A DNA stretch of 64,000 nucleotides from NCBI RefSeq assembly GCF_036321535.1, contig NC_087436.1, forward strand, positions 23,810,001 through 23,874,000. Reading direction: 5' to 3'. The translations under genes were made by a program, and so were the position numbers. This stretch comes from Camelus dromedarius (lineage: Eukaryota). Below the pieces are notes generated by a model that was not told the origin of the DNA, searched no databases, and saw only the letters and a program-made list of their open reading frames with translations. Below, piece after piece: positions 1 to 13,258 of the stretch. Each line of letters begins with the position of its first letter. Positions within the stretch are counted from its first letter, which is position 1.

Positions 1-2290
1 AGGGCAGGCGCGAGGGGACAGGGAGGAGTGACAGTGTCAGAGAAGGAGCAGATTCTCTTTAGATTTGCGGCCAAGGGTGTGCGGGGTTGGGGGAGGGGGA
101 GAGAGATATTGTGGCTAGGGACATGTGCAAAGCTCATTAATATCTCATTATGTTAGAATTGCAGTCTCCCCGCAGATAGGCGTTAACATTTGCAGTGCCA
201 GAGGAAGGGCTTTGGGAAAGCAGCATCCCTTCCCCCCAACTTTTTTTTTTTTTTTTTTTGCAAGCCCCAGCAAGCTCCACACACTTGTTTTGCACCAAGG
301 GAGTGGTGGTGTTGAATTTGTGAGGGAAGTCTGCTAGCAAACCCCAAAGGCGCGACAGTGAGCGATGCAGTAGAGTGAAGTGAGATGGAAAACTGTAGTG
401 TCTAAATAACAAAGTAACGGGCCTTCTCAAGGTGCTGGGAAGTGATGGAGGGGGAGAACGACTGACCGGCAGCCAGGAAATGGAGATTGTGGGTCTTAAG
501 CATGAGCCATCCAGGAGCCTGGGTGTGAGGAGTGGTGGACAGACAAACTCCAGTTCAGACCCAGGCCTCACAGAGAGTCTGTCCTTTGTATCCTGAGTTT
601 GCCTGGGGCTCCTGGGGGCTCCCTGGTGTCAGCCAATGTAGCATAAAGCAGAGAGGAAAGAGGAGACCACTGAGAAGTAGAGAGGAGAAGAGGGCAGGGG
701 GATTCAGCCAGTGGGATTTGGGGGAACTATATTCTCAGCTGCCACCCCCAGCCCGCGTTGGTGTGGGCAGACCAAAGGGAAGGTTTTAAAGCAGATAGAC
801 GTTTCTGTGCTGGGGGGCCTCATTCTCTTCAGATCCGACCTGGCTGGGCGCAAACCAGTCCAGGCTTCACCCCAGGATTAAATCCCTGTAGGCCACAGCT
901 TGGTAGCCCTGGCCCAGGCTTGACCCTGCACCTCACTCACCCCAGGCCATAATCCCAGGGACTCCAACACTGAAACAGGAGCCTCGTGGGAAGAAAAGTT
1001 GGAGACGTGTTCTGTAGCAATTACAACTTTCATGCAGACACTCAATCCTGCTTTGCTAAAGGATCAGTTATTTCTGCCCTGAACCAATGTGTGTCCTCTA
1101 TCCAGTAAGGAAAGGTGGGTGGTGGCCACTCTAGCAAATAGTTACACGACAGAATGGACCAAAACACACTGGGTATGGATTTTGTATCACGAAGGCGCCT
1201 TAGAGTAAGTTGAGTTCCAGTTCTTTGAGAATATCCTGTTTCTGCCTTTTTGTTTCCTAGAGTTCTGATTTCTACCTTAGAATGTTCTTTCTATGAATGT
1301 CCGGCACTCGGGTTCTGTTCACAGCACAACTGGACAGGGACACACACAGAGATCCAGAGGTGTGGCCCAGGTGGACACTCAGCCCACGTTCTGGAGGCAG
1401 TGAGTGAATGAGGGAGCTGCATGGACTTGATGGACGTCCTATAAAGTGACAGGGCCGGCTTTCAAGTATGGTTTGTGAAGACCTTTATGGTCACACGTTG
1501 TTCTGCCTTATTAATGCAACATTCCATAAAAATATAGATTATCCATTAACTTGCAGAAAGGCAAGAGTTCATTTCACCGTTGAAAGCCATTTGTGTTCCT
1601 TTAGGAAAAAAAGAAAAAAACAAAGCTAGAGTCCTGTTGGCCATTAGTTTGTTATGTACAACAGTGCTTATAATGAACACTTAAAAATAAATGTGTTTGA
1701 TAATCATAACCAGGTTTATTTAGGTTAGAAATACAGTTATGGCATATAGATACTGCTGAGGTGCATTAAACAAGGCTTTTTATGGTGTGGCCTCTATAGT
1801 AAAAATAGTCAAATTCAGCCTCTGTGTATTAAAATCTATTATTCTTTTGACTATACGGCTTTGACAAATCAAGCCAGAGTCATAAGAACAAAGCTAGGAA
1901 ACAGTTCAGATGCTATCATTTCATGGCTAAATATAAGAAAAGTATGCCTTATGCAGTTTATGTGTTGACTTTCCCAAGCTTGATTCCATTAAAAAAAAAA
2001 GGAAAAAAAAGAACTAAAAAACAAAGAATTGTTACAAACAGAAGACTAACTTCTGTACGTAACCACGGCAGGTCCCTGTGGCAGGATGTACCACGTTCTA
2101 CAGGGTCATGCATGTTTTTCCTGTGCAGCTCCTGTCCCTCCAGCCTTTTCAGTGGCTTCAGTAAGACCCACACGGATTTGTGCTCATCAGGCTGTCATCT
2201 CCCAGTATTGAAACACTTCCCTCTTATATTCCTTTGCTTTCCTTTCCTAGGAAACAGAATGGAAGTTAAGTTTCATCCAAACTTTCTACA

Positions 2291-2291
<1 letters not shown>

Positions 2292-2331
<40 letters not shown>
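2292..2331. repeat. (CA)20 microsatellite
   Basis: Direct read. Confidence 0.95.
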
Positions 2332-2333
<2 letters not shown>

Positions 2334-3016
2334 GATGACATCCAAATTGCCCATTTGAGGAGAGGAGAGTCATCTGGCAGAATTACAGCTCAGAGTAAAA
2401 TGGGATACCACTTTCAGTTAAAAAAGTGAATGCCTAGCTCCGTTCAGGATTTTGCCATGAATAAAATCTTAAAGTGAATTATCAGAAAATCAAGGGTGAG
2501 ATGGGACTTAGAGAGATCTTTCCTTCCCTCTTCCATCCCCCTTCTTCAGTGGAGACCATCTCTAAGTCATCCCAGATGGCTGTTCTATTTTTAAAGATCT
2601 CCAGAAAAGGAGATTCTGCCACCTCCTCAGTAACCACTCCAGCTCTCTGGTTCCTCACGGCCAGTATAGTTTTTTTCCGAGAGCCCTAGGAGGGAGAAAA
2701 AGGCATGCTGTCCTAGCTTTAGGGACTGGGCTGTTCCTCTCTAGGATTTTTCTCCTCAGTGGACACTCTGAGGTATGGGCAATGTCTTTCCCTCTTCAGT
2801 GAAAGAAATTTTTTTTCTCTAACCTTTGGCTTTAAATGAGATTTGCGGGCTCCTTAGGAGTCAATTGAAAATTCTCAAGGGCCTGCTGCATACACAGCCC
2901 TGTCCTAGGTAAGAGGATGAGCATCAAGGAAGTGTACTTACTACAGTCCAAGAGAAGAACAAGGTCACACCCACCCAGAACTGACTATCTGTCCTGGACA
3001 GACTTATTTACGGAAT

Positions 3017-3700
3017 CACTCATTCATTCTTTCATGGCAAAAATACTTACTGACCCCAACCATGGGCCCGTCCCCGGGATAGACACTGGGCACAGACACA
3101 TCAGTGAACAAGAGAGGTGAGGTCGTAAACATCAGTGCACCTACACTCGGATGCAAGAATACCAAGCCCAAAATAAGAAGCAAGACAATTATAAATTGTG
3201 ATAAGTGAGATGAAGGAACTAAAACCGTGACATGCTCGAGGGCAGGTGGGAGATGTAGTTAACTGGGATAGGGTGGCCAAGGACAGCTTTCTGGTTGATA
3301 CTTGAGCTGAAACCCGAAGGATGGTGAGGATCTGGGAGGAGCGGGTTTAAGGCAGAGAGGAAGCAGGTGCAGGTGCAGATGCAGAGGAAGAAAAGGGCAG
3401 GAGGAGAGGCCCGTGTGGCCAGAGCGCAGTGGAGAGGGGAGGCTGGCATGACATGACCTTGGAGACACCAGCTCATCCAGCGCTTTGTAGACCATGGTCA
3501 CGAGTGTGACTTTAGAGATTAGGACTCTATGGAAGGACGTTAGGCAGAAAGACATGCTCTGGTTAATCACGATTATGCTGGTTGCTCGTGGAGACTAGAT
3601 TGGAGAGATCATAGTTGGGAAGCAAGGTGAACAGTTACGAGGAGAGCCCCTGAGTCCTGGGGAGAGACGAGGGTGGGGTGAACGCTGATGGGGGCGAGGA
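3017..3700 (-). mobile_element. L2 LINE 3' fragment
   Basis: Starts cattcattc...tacttactga, followed by a purine-rich body typical of L2 read antisense; limits approximate. Confidence 0.6.
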
Positions 3701-3939
3701 AGACTCAGACAAGGAGGTACCTGGGTAGAGGGGGTGCTGAAAACACAGACAGCATTCCATGCATAGGTTTACCCTATTTTAAGGAAACAAAATACATTGA
3801 AATGAAAAGTTTTTTAAAAAGGAGTAATTATCCCCCTTATAAAATGATTCACCACAAGTATCTATTATATGAAGTAAGGGAACATGTGTAAATGTCTTTG
3901 ACTATAAATGTTAATAAGAGACATAAAATCTTAATAGAC

Positions 3940-4510
3940 AGATCATGGAATTAGAAGGAATTGTAGAGGTCATTTTCTCATACCTTCCACGCAATAAAGA
4001 ACCCCTTTTATAAGTCCCTGGCAGATGAACGTGCAGCCTGGTATGAAAACTCACAGGACAGGAAGCTTAGTAGCCTCACAGGGAAACCTCTCCTGTTTTC
4101 AACCTCCCTAATCATTTTTAAAGGTTCCTCCTTACAGAGAGGCTGAATTCTTTCTCCCCGTAACTTCCAACCATTGATCTTAGTTCTGCATTCTGGAGCA
4201 ACATAGGTTCTAATCTATCCTAATCTAATCCATTTCCTACGTAGCAATGGTCAGCCATTTACAGAGGAGCTCTGGCGTTCCTACTCCCCAACTCTTCCCT
4301 TTCTCCAGCAAAATGTACTTGGCTCCTTCCCCTGTCTCATGTGGTAGGGTTTCTGGGGCCTTCTCTGCCCTGGTTGTGCCCTCTTGCTGCATTGAGAGCT
4401 GGTAAGAATGAGGACTCCAGTATGAAGCCCAGCCTTCCAGCTACCATTGGTGTAGAACATATCCAGTCTCCCTGGATCTGAGGAACGCACACTCATTAAC
4501 GCAACCTAGA
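3940..4510 (-). mobile_element. L3/CR1-like ancient LINE fragment
   Basis: atcatggaattagaagg...gaggtcat start and ttccaaccattgatcttagttctg resemble the CR1/L3 3' end antisense; highly decayed. Confidence 0.45.
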
Positions 4511-4845
4511 ATTTCAGAAGCACATGGCTTTGAACTTCAAGGAAATCGAAGCTGCTTATAAGACAGAGTTCACCCAACCTTGTTTGTTACTGCTAACCTG
4601 TAGGAGAGTGGTCTTTGGAGGCTCATGAACCATGCTGAGAATCTGATGAAAGCGTTAGATCCTCTCTCCTGAAAAAAAAACAAAAAAAGAAGGCATATAG
4701 CCACAAAATTTTGCATACAACTTTTTGGCGTTCTCAGAGATCCTAAAATCCATTTTTGTGTAAACTTCAAGTTTAAAAACTCAAGCAGTATTCATATCGT
4801 GGACCCCTGGTTCTGTCATCTAAAACTGTATGTTTGCATTATCTT

Positions 4846-5862
4846 TTTCTTAATTGATGTACAGTCAGTTTCCAATGTTGTATCAATTTCTGGTGTACAG
4901 AATAATGTTTCAGTCATATGTATATAATACATATATTTGTTTTCATATTCTTTTTGATTACAGGTTACTATAAGACATTGAATATAGCTCCCTGTGCTAT
5001 ATAGAAGAAATTTGTTGTTTATCTATTTTATAAATAGTAGTTAGTATCTGCAAATCTCGAACTCCCAATTTATCCCTTCCAATCCCCTTTCCCCCGGTAA
5101 CCATAAGTTTATTCTCTATGTCTGTGAGTCTGTTTTTGTTTTGTAAATAAGTTCATTTGTGTCTTTTTTTTTTTTTTTGGATTCCACATATAACTGATAT
5201 CACATGGTATTTTTCTTTCTCTTTCTGGCTTACTTCACTTAGAATGACATTCTCCAGGTCCATCCATGTTGCTGTAAATGGCATTATTTTGTTCTTTTTT
5301 ATGGCTGAGTAGTATTCCATTGTATAAATATACCACAACTTTTTTATCCAGTCATCTCTCAATGGACATTTAGGTTGCTTCCATGCCTTGGCTATTGTAT
5401 ATCAGTGCTGCTGTGAACATTGAGGTACATGTAGATTTTCAAATTAGAGTTCCCTCCAGATATATGCCCAGGAGTGGGATTGCTGGATCATATGGTGAGT
5501 CTATTTTTAGTCTTCTGAGGAATCTTTATACTGCTTTCAATAACGGCTGGACCAAACTGCATTCCCACTAACAGTGTAGGAGAGTTCCCTTTTCTCCACA
5601 CCCTCTCCAGCATTTATTGTTTGTGGACTTTTTAATGATGGCCATTCTGATCGATGTGAGGTGATACCTATTGTAGTTTTAGTTTGCATTTCTCTGATAA
5701 TTAGCAATGTTGAACATTTTTTCATGTGCCTATTGGCTATTTGTATGTCTTCATTGGAGAATTGCTTGTTTTTGGATTGGGTTGTTTGTTTTTTTGTTGT
5801 TAAGTTGTGTGAGCTGCTTATATATTCTGGAAATTGAGCCGTTGTCAGTCAAATTATTTGCA
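4846..5862 (-). mobile_element. 5'-truncated L1 (ORF2 C-terminus + 3'UTR)
   Basis: Minus-strand ORF pieces WIKKLWYIYTMEYYSAIKKN and [13 protein letters not shown] are L1 ORF2. TSD gtat(g/a)tttgcattatctt at 4828-4845 and 5863-5880. Confidence 0.92.
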
Positions 5863-6629
5863 GTATATTTGCATTATCTTGATACTTGATAACAATATTG
5901 TACAGGGGGATAAGGAACACCCACTTAAAAATCCCTACAGCTTACTGTGAAATTATTAATGGAAGAGGAAAGTTACAAGAAGTCTTCAAGTGGCATTGTT
6001 GGACGTGTTGCTTGTGTTACCTCATTTAGTGTTTACAACCATCTTCTGAACTAGAGAATATTAGTCCTGTATTATGAGGAACATGAAATTAAAGTAAAAG
6101 ATATTAATAAAGAAAAATAAAGAGAATTGGAAAGATTCAGGTGAAGGTGAATCTTGGTTGCTGGCCCTCGGTACTTTTAGGAGCTTAAGGTCGTGTTTAC
6201 CTAGAGCACAGCAACTCAGATGTTATGAACACATTTGGTTTCCTGGAAAATGTGTTCTTGTGTTGGTGCTTTTGTAGTGATGTTCCTGGAGAGAGGTCGT
6301 CAAGGTGATTAGTCATTCCCTTGGCCCCCATGGACAGCATGCCAGTATCTACACCATTCTCTTTAGGATTGGACCGGGGTTGGGTTAGTGGCCAGTATGT
6401 GTTTACACCTGAGCATCTCCAACAGCTGCAGAACTGTTCTGAGAACATCTGAAAGAGCTTCAGCCCTCACAGGAACTCCCCTTTCAGAGGGTACCTCCTG
6501 ATGTGCCAGCCAACCCACTGCAGGGAGAGGGCAGTTCTGAAGACGCCTCCCTCTTTTTCTGTCTCATTTCAGAGCCACACTCACAGCAGAATAGTTTGGA
6601 AATGAGAGGCACATTCCATTCACAAGTGG

Positions 6630-6850
6630 AGAGCCATGTAACGGAAAAGCATAGGCTTTGGAATTCCAGTCTCAACTCCTTCACATGAGCTGTGTGACCT
6701 TGGGCAATCTGTTTAATCTCCCCAAGCCCTCATTTCCTCATTTGTATAAATGATGTTATTACCTTGCAGGGTTGATGTGGGAATTAAGAGGAAGAATTTT
6801 GGATTTGCCTGGCATATAATGGATACAAAAATACATGGTTGCTATTTGCT
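6630..6850 (+). mobile_element. MIR SINE
   Basis: gctgtgtgaccttgggcaa...tttcctcatttgtataaatg MIR core. Confidence 0.65.
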
Positions 6851-7153
6851 AGTAACTTCAAGGAAAGCTTAAATTGTTAGGGTGGGTCTAGGTAACAGTA
6901 GATTTGGGTTCAGTAGTACCATCAGGCTTACCCTGTTTTGGAGCTGGGTTCCTGGGCAATTCCAGAGGGATTCCTGTCCCCATCTTCAACCCTCATCACC
7001 ACCAAAATTTTGCTGAAGGTAAAGAGAAAGTCAGAGTGTGTCCACGAAGAACCCATCCTCCATGCAAGGTGCCATGTCAGAGCGGGGTTCAGAGGACTCC
7101 CCAATGCTGGGCTGTCCCCAGCCTCCCAAGGGTACCAGATGTCATGGTACCTT

Positions 7154-7155
<2 letters not shown>

Positions 7156-7191
<36 letters not shown>
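7156..7191. repeat. (AC)18 microsatellite
   Basis: Direct read. Confidence 0.95.
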
Positions 7192-7193
<2 letters not shown>

Positions 7194-9840
7194 CTGAGTT
7201 GAAGCAATGTGCAAATTTAGCAGTGAGCAGACCTCAGTGGTAGTTCCCAAGGACATTTCTGAGAATCCTTGGTTCCACAGTCATAAAAGCAGAACTAAAT
7301 ACTGGGCAGGGCTAGTACTGCTTATGCAAGTTCTATGAGGCTCTATCTAAAAGTCAAGTTTAAATATAGAGATGGAGCTAGCTAACCTCATCATTCTGTG
7401 AGTCATTAGATGTAGACTAGATTGGGTCGCCTCCCTTTGCTAATAAGGAAACCGGCTTCATTAACTGAAGGAAATTAACTTGAATAATTTTGTAGCCTGA
7501 ATCTGTTTCTGAAGAGGGGCAGAATTTTCCCCTTCCTGTGAGCTGATGCTCGTACAGCAGTCAATTCAAGAGGCTGTGTTAGCATGCTGTTACTGCGACT
7601 GACGAATGTGACACTTTCCCCATCAAACTCTGAAGCCTTTTTCCTTGCTCCTGGAATACCTGAGCACAGAGTAATAAACTATCCAGAATGATTTTGCAAC
7701 CTGAGAGTCATTTACATGGCTTCGTAATATGAGAGTCAAATACCTACTCTCAGGAAGTATCAGCCTCCCAGTTGACTTAAGATAATTGAATGATTTTAGA
7801 TTTATTGTGTATATACTTTTCTCCTCAGCCTCTGATTCTAAGCAGGCATAAAAATCACATCCGAAAACCTGAGTTTTGATATTTGAGTTGACTCACGTGA
7901 GTTAAAACCAAAATATGTAGAAATTTGGTTATCAATTCCAGACTTGGATTCCTTTGTCTCTTAAAACCTCAAGTTTCCAGTGGAGCTGAAGGTACTATCT
8001 TTCCTCTGATGCGACTCTGGGGCAATTCTGCAAGGGGCAAGGAGAGAAAGATGCTTTTGACTGTGTTCCAATTTGTTTCGTTTTCCTTGTGAACTGATTT
8101 GTACGCTGTGCATGATTTTCTTTCCCAATTAGTTTTGAATTTCTCTCGTTTAGCTCCAGATGTCTGTTGTGGTTGGATCTGGTACAGTTTGCTTAGGTGT
8201 TTTGCTGTGTTCTTTTCTTTCCCTGCCCTTCGTTTAAAGGAGGTCTAAGCTCGCAGACCAGCTATATTGCTGGAGAGACCTGCCACCTTTACAGGATTTA
8301 CTGTGGTCATTTTCTCTTTTTTTCCTCCCTACAATATGGCTCTTTGTGAATTAAAATCAAGGTTCCTGGAGCTGGAGGTAGCAACAGGGCATGGGAACCT
8401 AGCCACATTATAATGAATAATAATAATAACTGTCTCCCTCTGTTGTGAGCTCTTCCAGGCCAGTTGTGTCCTGTGCATCTTTGCACCCCCAGCTTCTCAC
8501 GTGGGGCCTGGTGTATAAATGACGCTCAATGAGTGTGAGTTGAAGGAAGGAACTAATTTTTGCAAACCACTTTATAATTTATAAAGAGACTCCACATAGC
8601 AACATGGGGTGATTGTTTTCAAGACCTCGACAAAACCATTTCCTCCCTCATTTCATTATGATTATGAAATTGCTTTGGAATTTTGGAACAGTGATACTTT
8701 TACTGTATGCCTTTCATGAAAAGCCAAAGTCTAATTGCTTTTATTATTATTTTTTTTAATGCGAGGGGCTGTGGAAGGGAGGGATACAGGAGGGAAAGGG
8801 TTTGTTAACTGGATACGTTTCTTGTCAAGAAATTTAAATATTGAGTTATCTCTGGAATTGTTTTTATAACTGCAGTTTACAGCTCTTTTCCTCCTGTCTT
8901 ACTAGGATGTGGGTGAATCTGCACAAGAGTAAGAGGTATGTTTTCAAGGGAGAAGAACAAATAGGCAGCAAGGAAAAGACTGTTTTTGTGACTTGTGTTT
9001 TGACCTGGCAAACGCTCAAGGTTATTCTGCTCAACTGAATAATCCACGTTTCTTCCATGTTAGCCATAGCTGAGCTCTCCTTCCAAGATACCCTAACCAG
9101 ACTCTCCTGCTGAGATATTTTGAAGGATTTTGACCGTGGTCTTGTGCTGCAGCCCAAGGCAGTGCAGACCCCAGCCTCTTCACTCCCCCAGCCACAGCGC
9201 ATAGGCCTCGGACAGAGACTCACCCAGGAGTCGTAACCAGGCAGCTTTTTCTTAAATGGCTTAATCTCTAGGCACTCATTACCTAAACACTTTCTCCCGT
9301 AAAACTCAAGTGTAAAAGTAGGAAAATAATTGAAATTATTGGCACTGTGGCTAAAGACCAAAGTCAGCAAAAGCAGACAAACTTAGGAATTTTAAAAAAT
9401 TAGAAAAGTCTTTGATTTTTACAGGTGAAGCAAGAGACATTCTCAGGCTTACAACCCAGAAAAAAATTCGGGGGCCCAATGTAGGTGAAATAAAATCCAG
9501 AGGAGCTTCCAAGTAATGACAGCCCCAAGGTATTGCTTGTACACATCTATGCCACCTGCTTCTGCCCTGAGACACTGAGATGTCTTTCCTTAGATGCCTT
9601 TCCCTTGGTTTTTAGAAGCATGCAATTTATAGGCATGCCCCATTTGTTCCTGTGAAAGACAGACAGAAAGAAAATCTTTCAGCAAGGGCTATGATTCAAA
9701 ATACATATTGCTTTGACTAATTCCCTGTATTATTGCAGTATGTCAGAAAGCACATTGCTCAGAGGTGGGACGCACAGTAATTTGGAAATACTCATTTTGG
9801 CCTTGGTTTGGGATGACCTTGGCCTGTTGCAGACTTATAC

Positions 9841-10299
9841 TGAATTAGTTCCTTGGGCTGCCGTAACAAAAGACTACTGACTCGGTGGCTTGAAACACCA
9901 GAAATTTATTGTCTCACAGCCCAGGAGGTGGGAAGTCCAAAGTCAAGGTGTTAGCAGAGCCATGCTTCTCTGAGACTCTGCATGGATTCTTGCCTCTTCC
10001 TAGCTTCTCATGGCTTGCTGGCATTCTTTGGCATTCGTTGCCTTGCAGCTACATAACACCAGTCTCTGCCTCTGTCATCACATGGTGTTCTCCCTGTCAG
10101 TCCCCATGTCTCCACGTATTCCTCTTCTAAAAGAATCCACCTATGTTGGATTTGGAGCCCAGTCTACCCCAGTATGACCTCATCTTAACTAATTACACCT
10201 GCAGTGACTCTATTTCCAAATAAAATCAACTTCTGAGGTACTGAGGGTTAGGACTTCAACATATCTTGTCAGAGGGGAGCACAGTTCAGTTCTGTGGCA
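9841..10299 (-). mobile_element. MLT1-family (ERVL-MaLR) solo LTR
   Basis: gggctgccgtaacaaa...gaaatttattgtctcacag...gaagtccaaagtcaaggtgttagca...tatgacctcatcttaactaattac...gggttaggacttcaacatatc. Confidence 0.8.
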
Positions 10300-10345
10300 G
10301 TGGCTATACCTCTGCTGCAGAGCCCTGGGAAAGTTCCCCTGGTCT

Positions 10346-10860
10346 CTTTTTTTTCAATTGAAGTATAGTTGATTTACAATACTTCAGGTATACAGCAAAG
10401 TGATTCAGTTCCATATATATATGTACATATATATTCTTTTTCAGATTCTTTTCCACTATAGGTTATTATAAGATACTGAATATAGTTCCCTGTACTATAC
10501 AGTAGGTCCTTGTTATTTATCTACTTTATATAGAGTAGTGTGTACCTGCTAATCCCAAACTCCTAATTTATCCTTCCCATATTCTCTTTTGGTAACCATT
10601 AGTTTGATTTCTGTGTCCGTGAGTCTGTTTCTGTTTTGTAAATAAGTTCATCTGGGTCATTTTTTTTAGATTCCACATATTAGTGATATCGTATGATATT
10701 TGTCTTTCTCTGTCTGACTGACTTCACTTAGTATGATAATCTCTAGGTCCATCCATGTTGCTGCAAATGGCAAAATTTCATTCTTTTTATGGCTGAATAG
10801 TATTCCTGTGTGTGTGTGTGTGTGTGTGTGTATTTACCATATCTTCTTCACCCATTCATC
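10346..10860 (-). mobile_element. Short L1 3' end with internal (TG)12 at 10807-10830
   Basis: T-tail + attgaagtatagttgatttacaat; strongly similar to the 3'UTRs at 4846, 13895 and 29909. Confidence 0.88.
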
Positions 10861-11144
10861 CTGTTCTTCTCTTAAAAAGGACCAACTGTACAAAACCTTC
10901 ATTCACTTCTCTCCTCAAGCCCTTGGTTTTTCCTCCTCAGCAGTGTTCGTCCTTGGAAGTGAGGTCATTGCATCAACATCAGTGAGAAAATTGAAACTAT
11001 TAAAGCCAAGCAGCCTCGTCCATCACCACCTCCATACACATACACTTCTGTCTTAACGTACCTCTTCCTCATGTTTGTCTTTAGGTCAGTCTTTTGATGA
11101 CTCTGATGTGCCATTCTTCATGGATTCAAAAGCAAGTATCTCAA

Positions 11145-11757
11145 TGGGAATGTAAAATAGTACAGCTCTATGGAAAACAATGTGGTGGTTCCTCAAAAAA
11201 TTAAAAATAAAACTGCTGTATGATCCAGCAATTCCACTTCTGCATATTTACCCAAAGGAATTGAAAGCAAGGTCTCAAGATGTTTATAAACTCATCTTCA
11301 TAGCAGTGCTATTCACAGTAGCCAAAAGGTGGAAGCAACCCAAGTGTCCATAGACAGATGAGCAGTATATACATATACTGGAATGTTAATTCAGCCTTGA
11401 AAAGGAAAGAAATTCTGAGACATGCTACAACGTGGATGAACCTTGAGGATATTACGCTAAATGAAGTATTTGGTCACAAAAAGACAAATACTCTTATGAT
11501 TTCACTTAGACGAGGTATTTAGAGTAGTTAAATTCATAGAGACAGAAAGTAGAATTCCGGTTGCCAGGATAGGGGAGAGGGGCAGATAAGGAGTTACTGT
11601 ATAATGGATATACAGTTTCAGTTTTGCAAGATGAAAAGAGTTCTGGGGATGGATGATGGAGATGATTGTAGAATGATGTGAATGTACTTAATACTGCTGA
11701 ACTGTACACTTTAAAATGAATAGGTGGTAAATTTAATGTTGTGAGTATTTTACCACA
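11145..11757 (+). mobile_element. Old L1M (L1MB-like) 3' end
   Basis: tgatccagcaattccacttctg...aaggtggaagcaacccaagtgtcca...gatgaaccttgagga...ttttaccaca. Confidence 0.82.
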
Positions 11758-12024
11758 AGTAGACATCTCCAATGCAATTTTTTCTGTGTCCCTCCTTCCT
11801 TAGCCTCCACTTCTCCTGCTCCCTGATTTCTCTCACCTTCAAAGCCACTCAGGACTTCCTTTTCCAGAAAAACCTTGACCTCACCTCCTCACATATAAGC
11901 CTTTTCCCTCCTGCTTTTCCAAACAAGATTTCTTCTAGAGAAGATGTCACACCCAGCATCTCCATTCTTCACTATTTGCTTCTCTTACTGACCAAAAACC
12001 TGGCATCCATTTACAGCAGAATTC

Positions 12025-12228
12025 TAGAACTTTGCCATCCAATAGAGTAACCGCTAGTTGCATGTAGCTATTTTAAATTTAATTAAACTTAGTGAAATTT
12101 AAAAGTTGGTTCCTCAGTAGCAGTAGCCACATTTCAAGTACTCAACAGCTGCCTGCAGCTAGAGGCTAATGTGCTGGATGATGTGGATACAGAACATTCC
12201 CATCATCTCAAGAAGTTCTGTTGGACCA
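12025..12228. mobile_element. MER3-like hAT-Charlie MITE
   Basis: tccaatagag...tagccacatttcaagtactcaacagc...agaacattcccatcatc...gttctgttggac. Confidence 0.7.
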
Positions 12229-12249
12229 GCAGCACTGTTCTTGAACAAG

Positions 12250-12410
12250 AATTCTCAACCTCAGGAGAGTCACTTAGAGGGCTGGTTAAAACACAGAGTC
12301 TGGGCCCCACCCTCAGGGTTTCTGATTCCAGAAGTGTGGGGACCCAGCCAAGAATCTACATTTCCAACAAGTTCCCTGGTGCTGTTGATGCTGCTGGGTT
12401 TCCTAGAGAA
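12250..12410. mobile_element. MER5A-like hAT-Charlie MITE
   Basis: gagggctggttaaaacacag...ctgggccccaccctcagggtttctgattc...agaatctacatttccaacaagttccc. Confidence 0.72.
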
Positions 12411-13180
12411 ACCTTCTCCTAGATGCCCACTGAATTACCCTGATACTAATTTAATGGTCTGTTAGTGCTCATTTGAAAGCTGCAACTGACATGACAAGTC
12501 TGACCACAAACTGTTCTTCTTTGTTTTGTCCTACTTTCTTGATGATGTTTTATTTTAATCTCTCACTGATACTGTTTCTTCTCTCATCTAATTAAAAGGG
12601 CCCACCTCCAACCATGTGTTCATTTGCTTTGGGAATTTTTGCACTCACGTTATTTCAGCCACCTCATAGGTATGGATGGATGACTCTCAAACATAACCTA
12701 ATTTCCAAAGCCCTATCTTCAGGTCTGTGAGCTAACTGGATTTGGATATAGCACTACTTTTGAACACTCTGATGTTAGAAACAAAGCTTCTTTGTCTCTA
12801 CCCTCTCTAGCCAATGAACTGATGCTTCCCAGATCTCTGATAATTGTTGCCATGCATTTCTTTAAGTGATCTTAAGACGCTTTGCATGAAAAGCTCCATA
12901 GACATGTCAAGTATTGAGTGTACCTGTTCATTAAATATTCATGCAGTTGAAGAAGGCACCACTGCAGTGTGCTGAGTAATTTCCTTACTGCCTTTCATCC
13001 CAGTGACCAACTGTTTTATAAACTTAATCTGCTTAATCCTTTCCATGAGGTATAGTAGGGGTCACACACGAGTATGCCCATTTTCAAATTAGAAATTAAG
13101 GTGCAGAAAAGTTGAAGAGTGACCAGAGTCACAAAGCTGGTTAAACTCCAGCCCAGGGACTCCAGCTAACATGCATGACT

Positions 13181-13258
13181 CCCATGCTAAGCCCCCAATC
13201 CCCTGCAAAGCCCCCAACTCTCTAGGAAGGCCCCCAATTCCCATGCAAAGCTCCAACT
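13181..13258. repeat. Degenerate ~20-bp minisatellite, 4 units
   Basis: cccatgctaagcccccaat / cccctgcaaagcccccaact / ctctaggaaggcccccaatt / cccatgcaaagctccaact. Confidence 0.75.

Noticed and set aside
353..400. gacagtgagcga ... gtgaag..agatg resembling the miR-30a flank and loop
   Set aside because: No miR-30 mature sequence and no complementary arms; a short chance match
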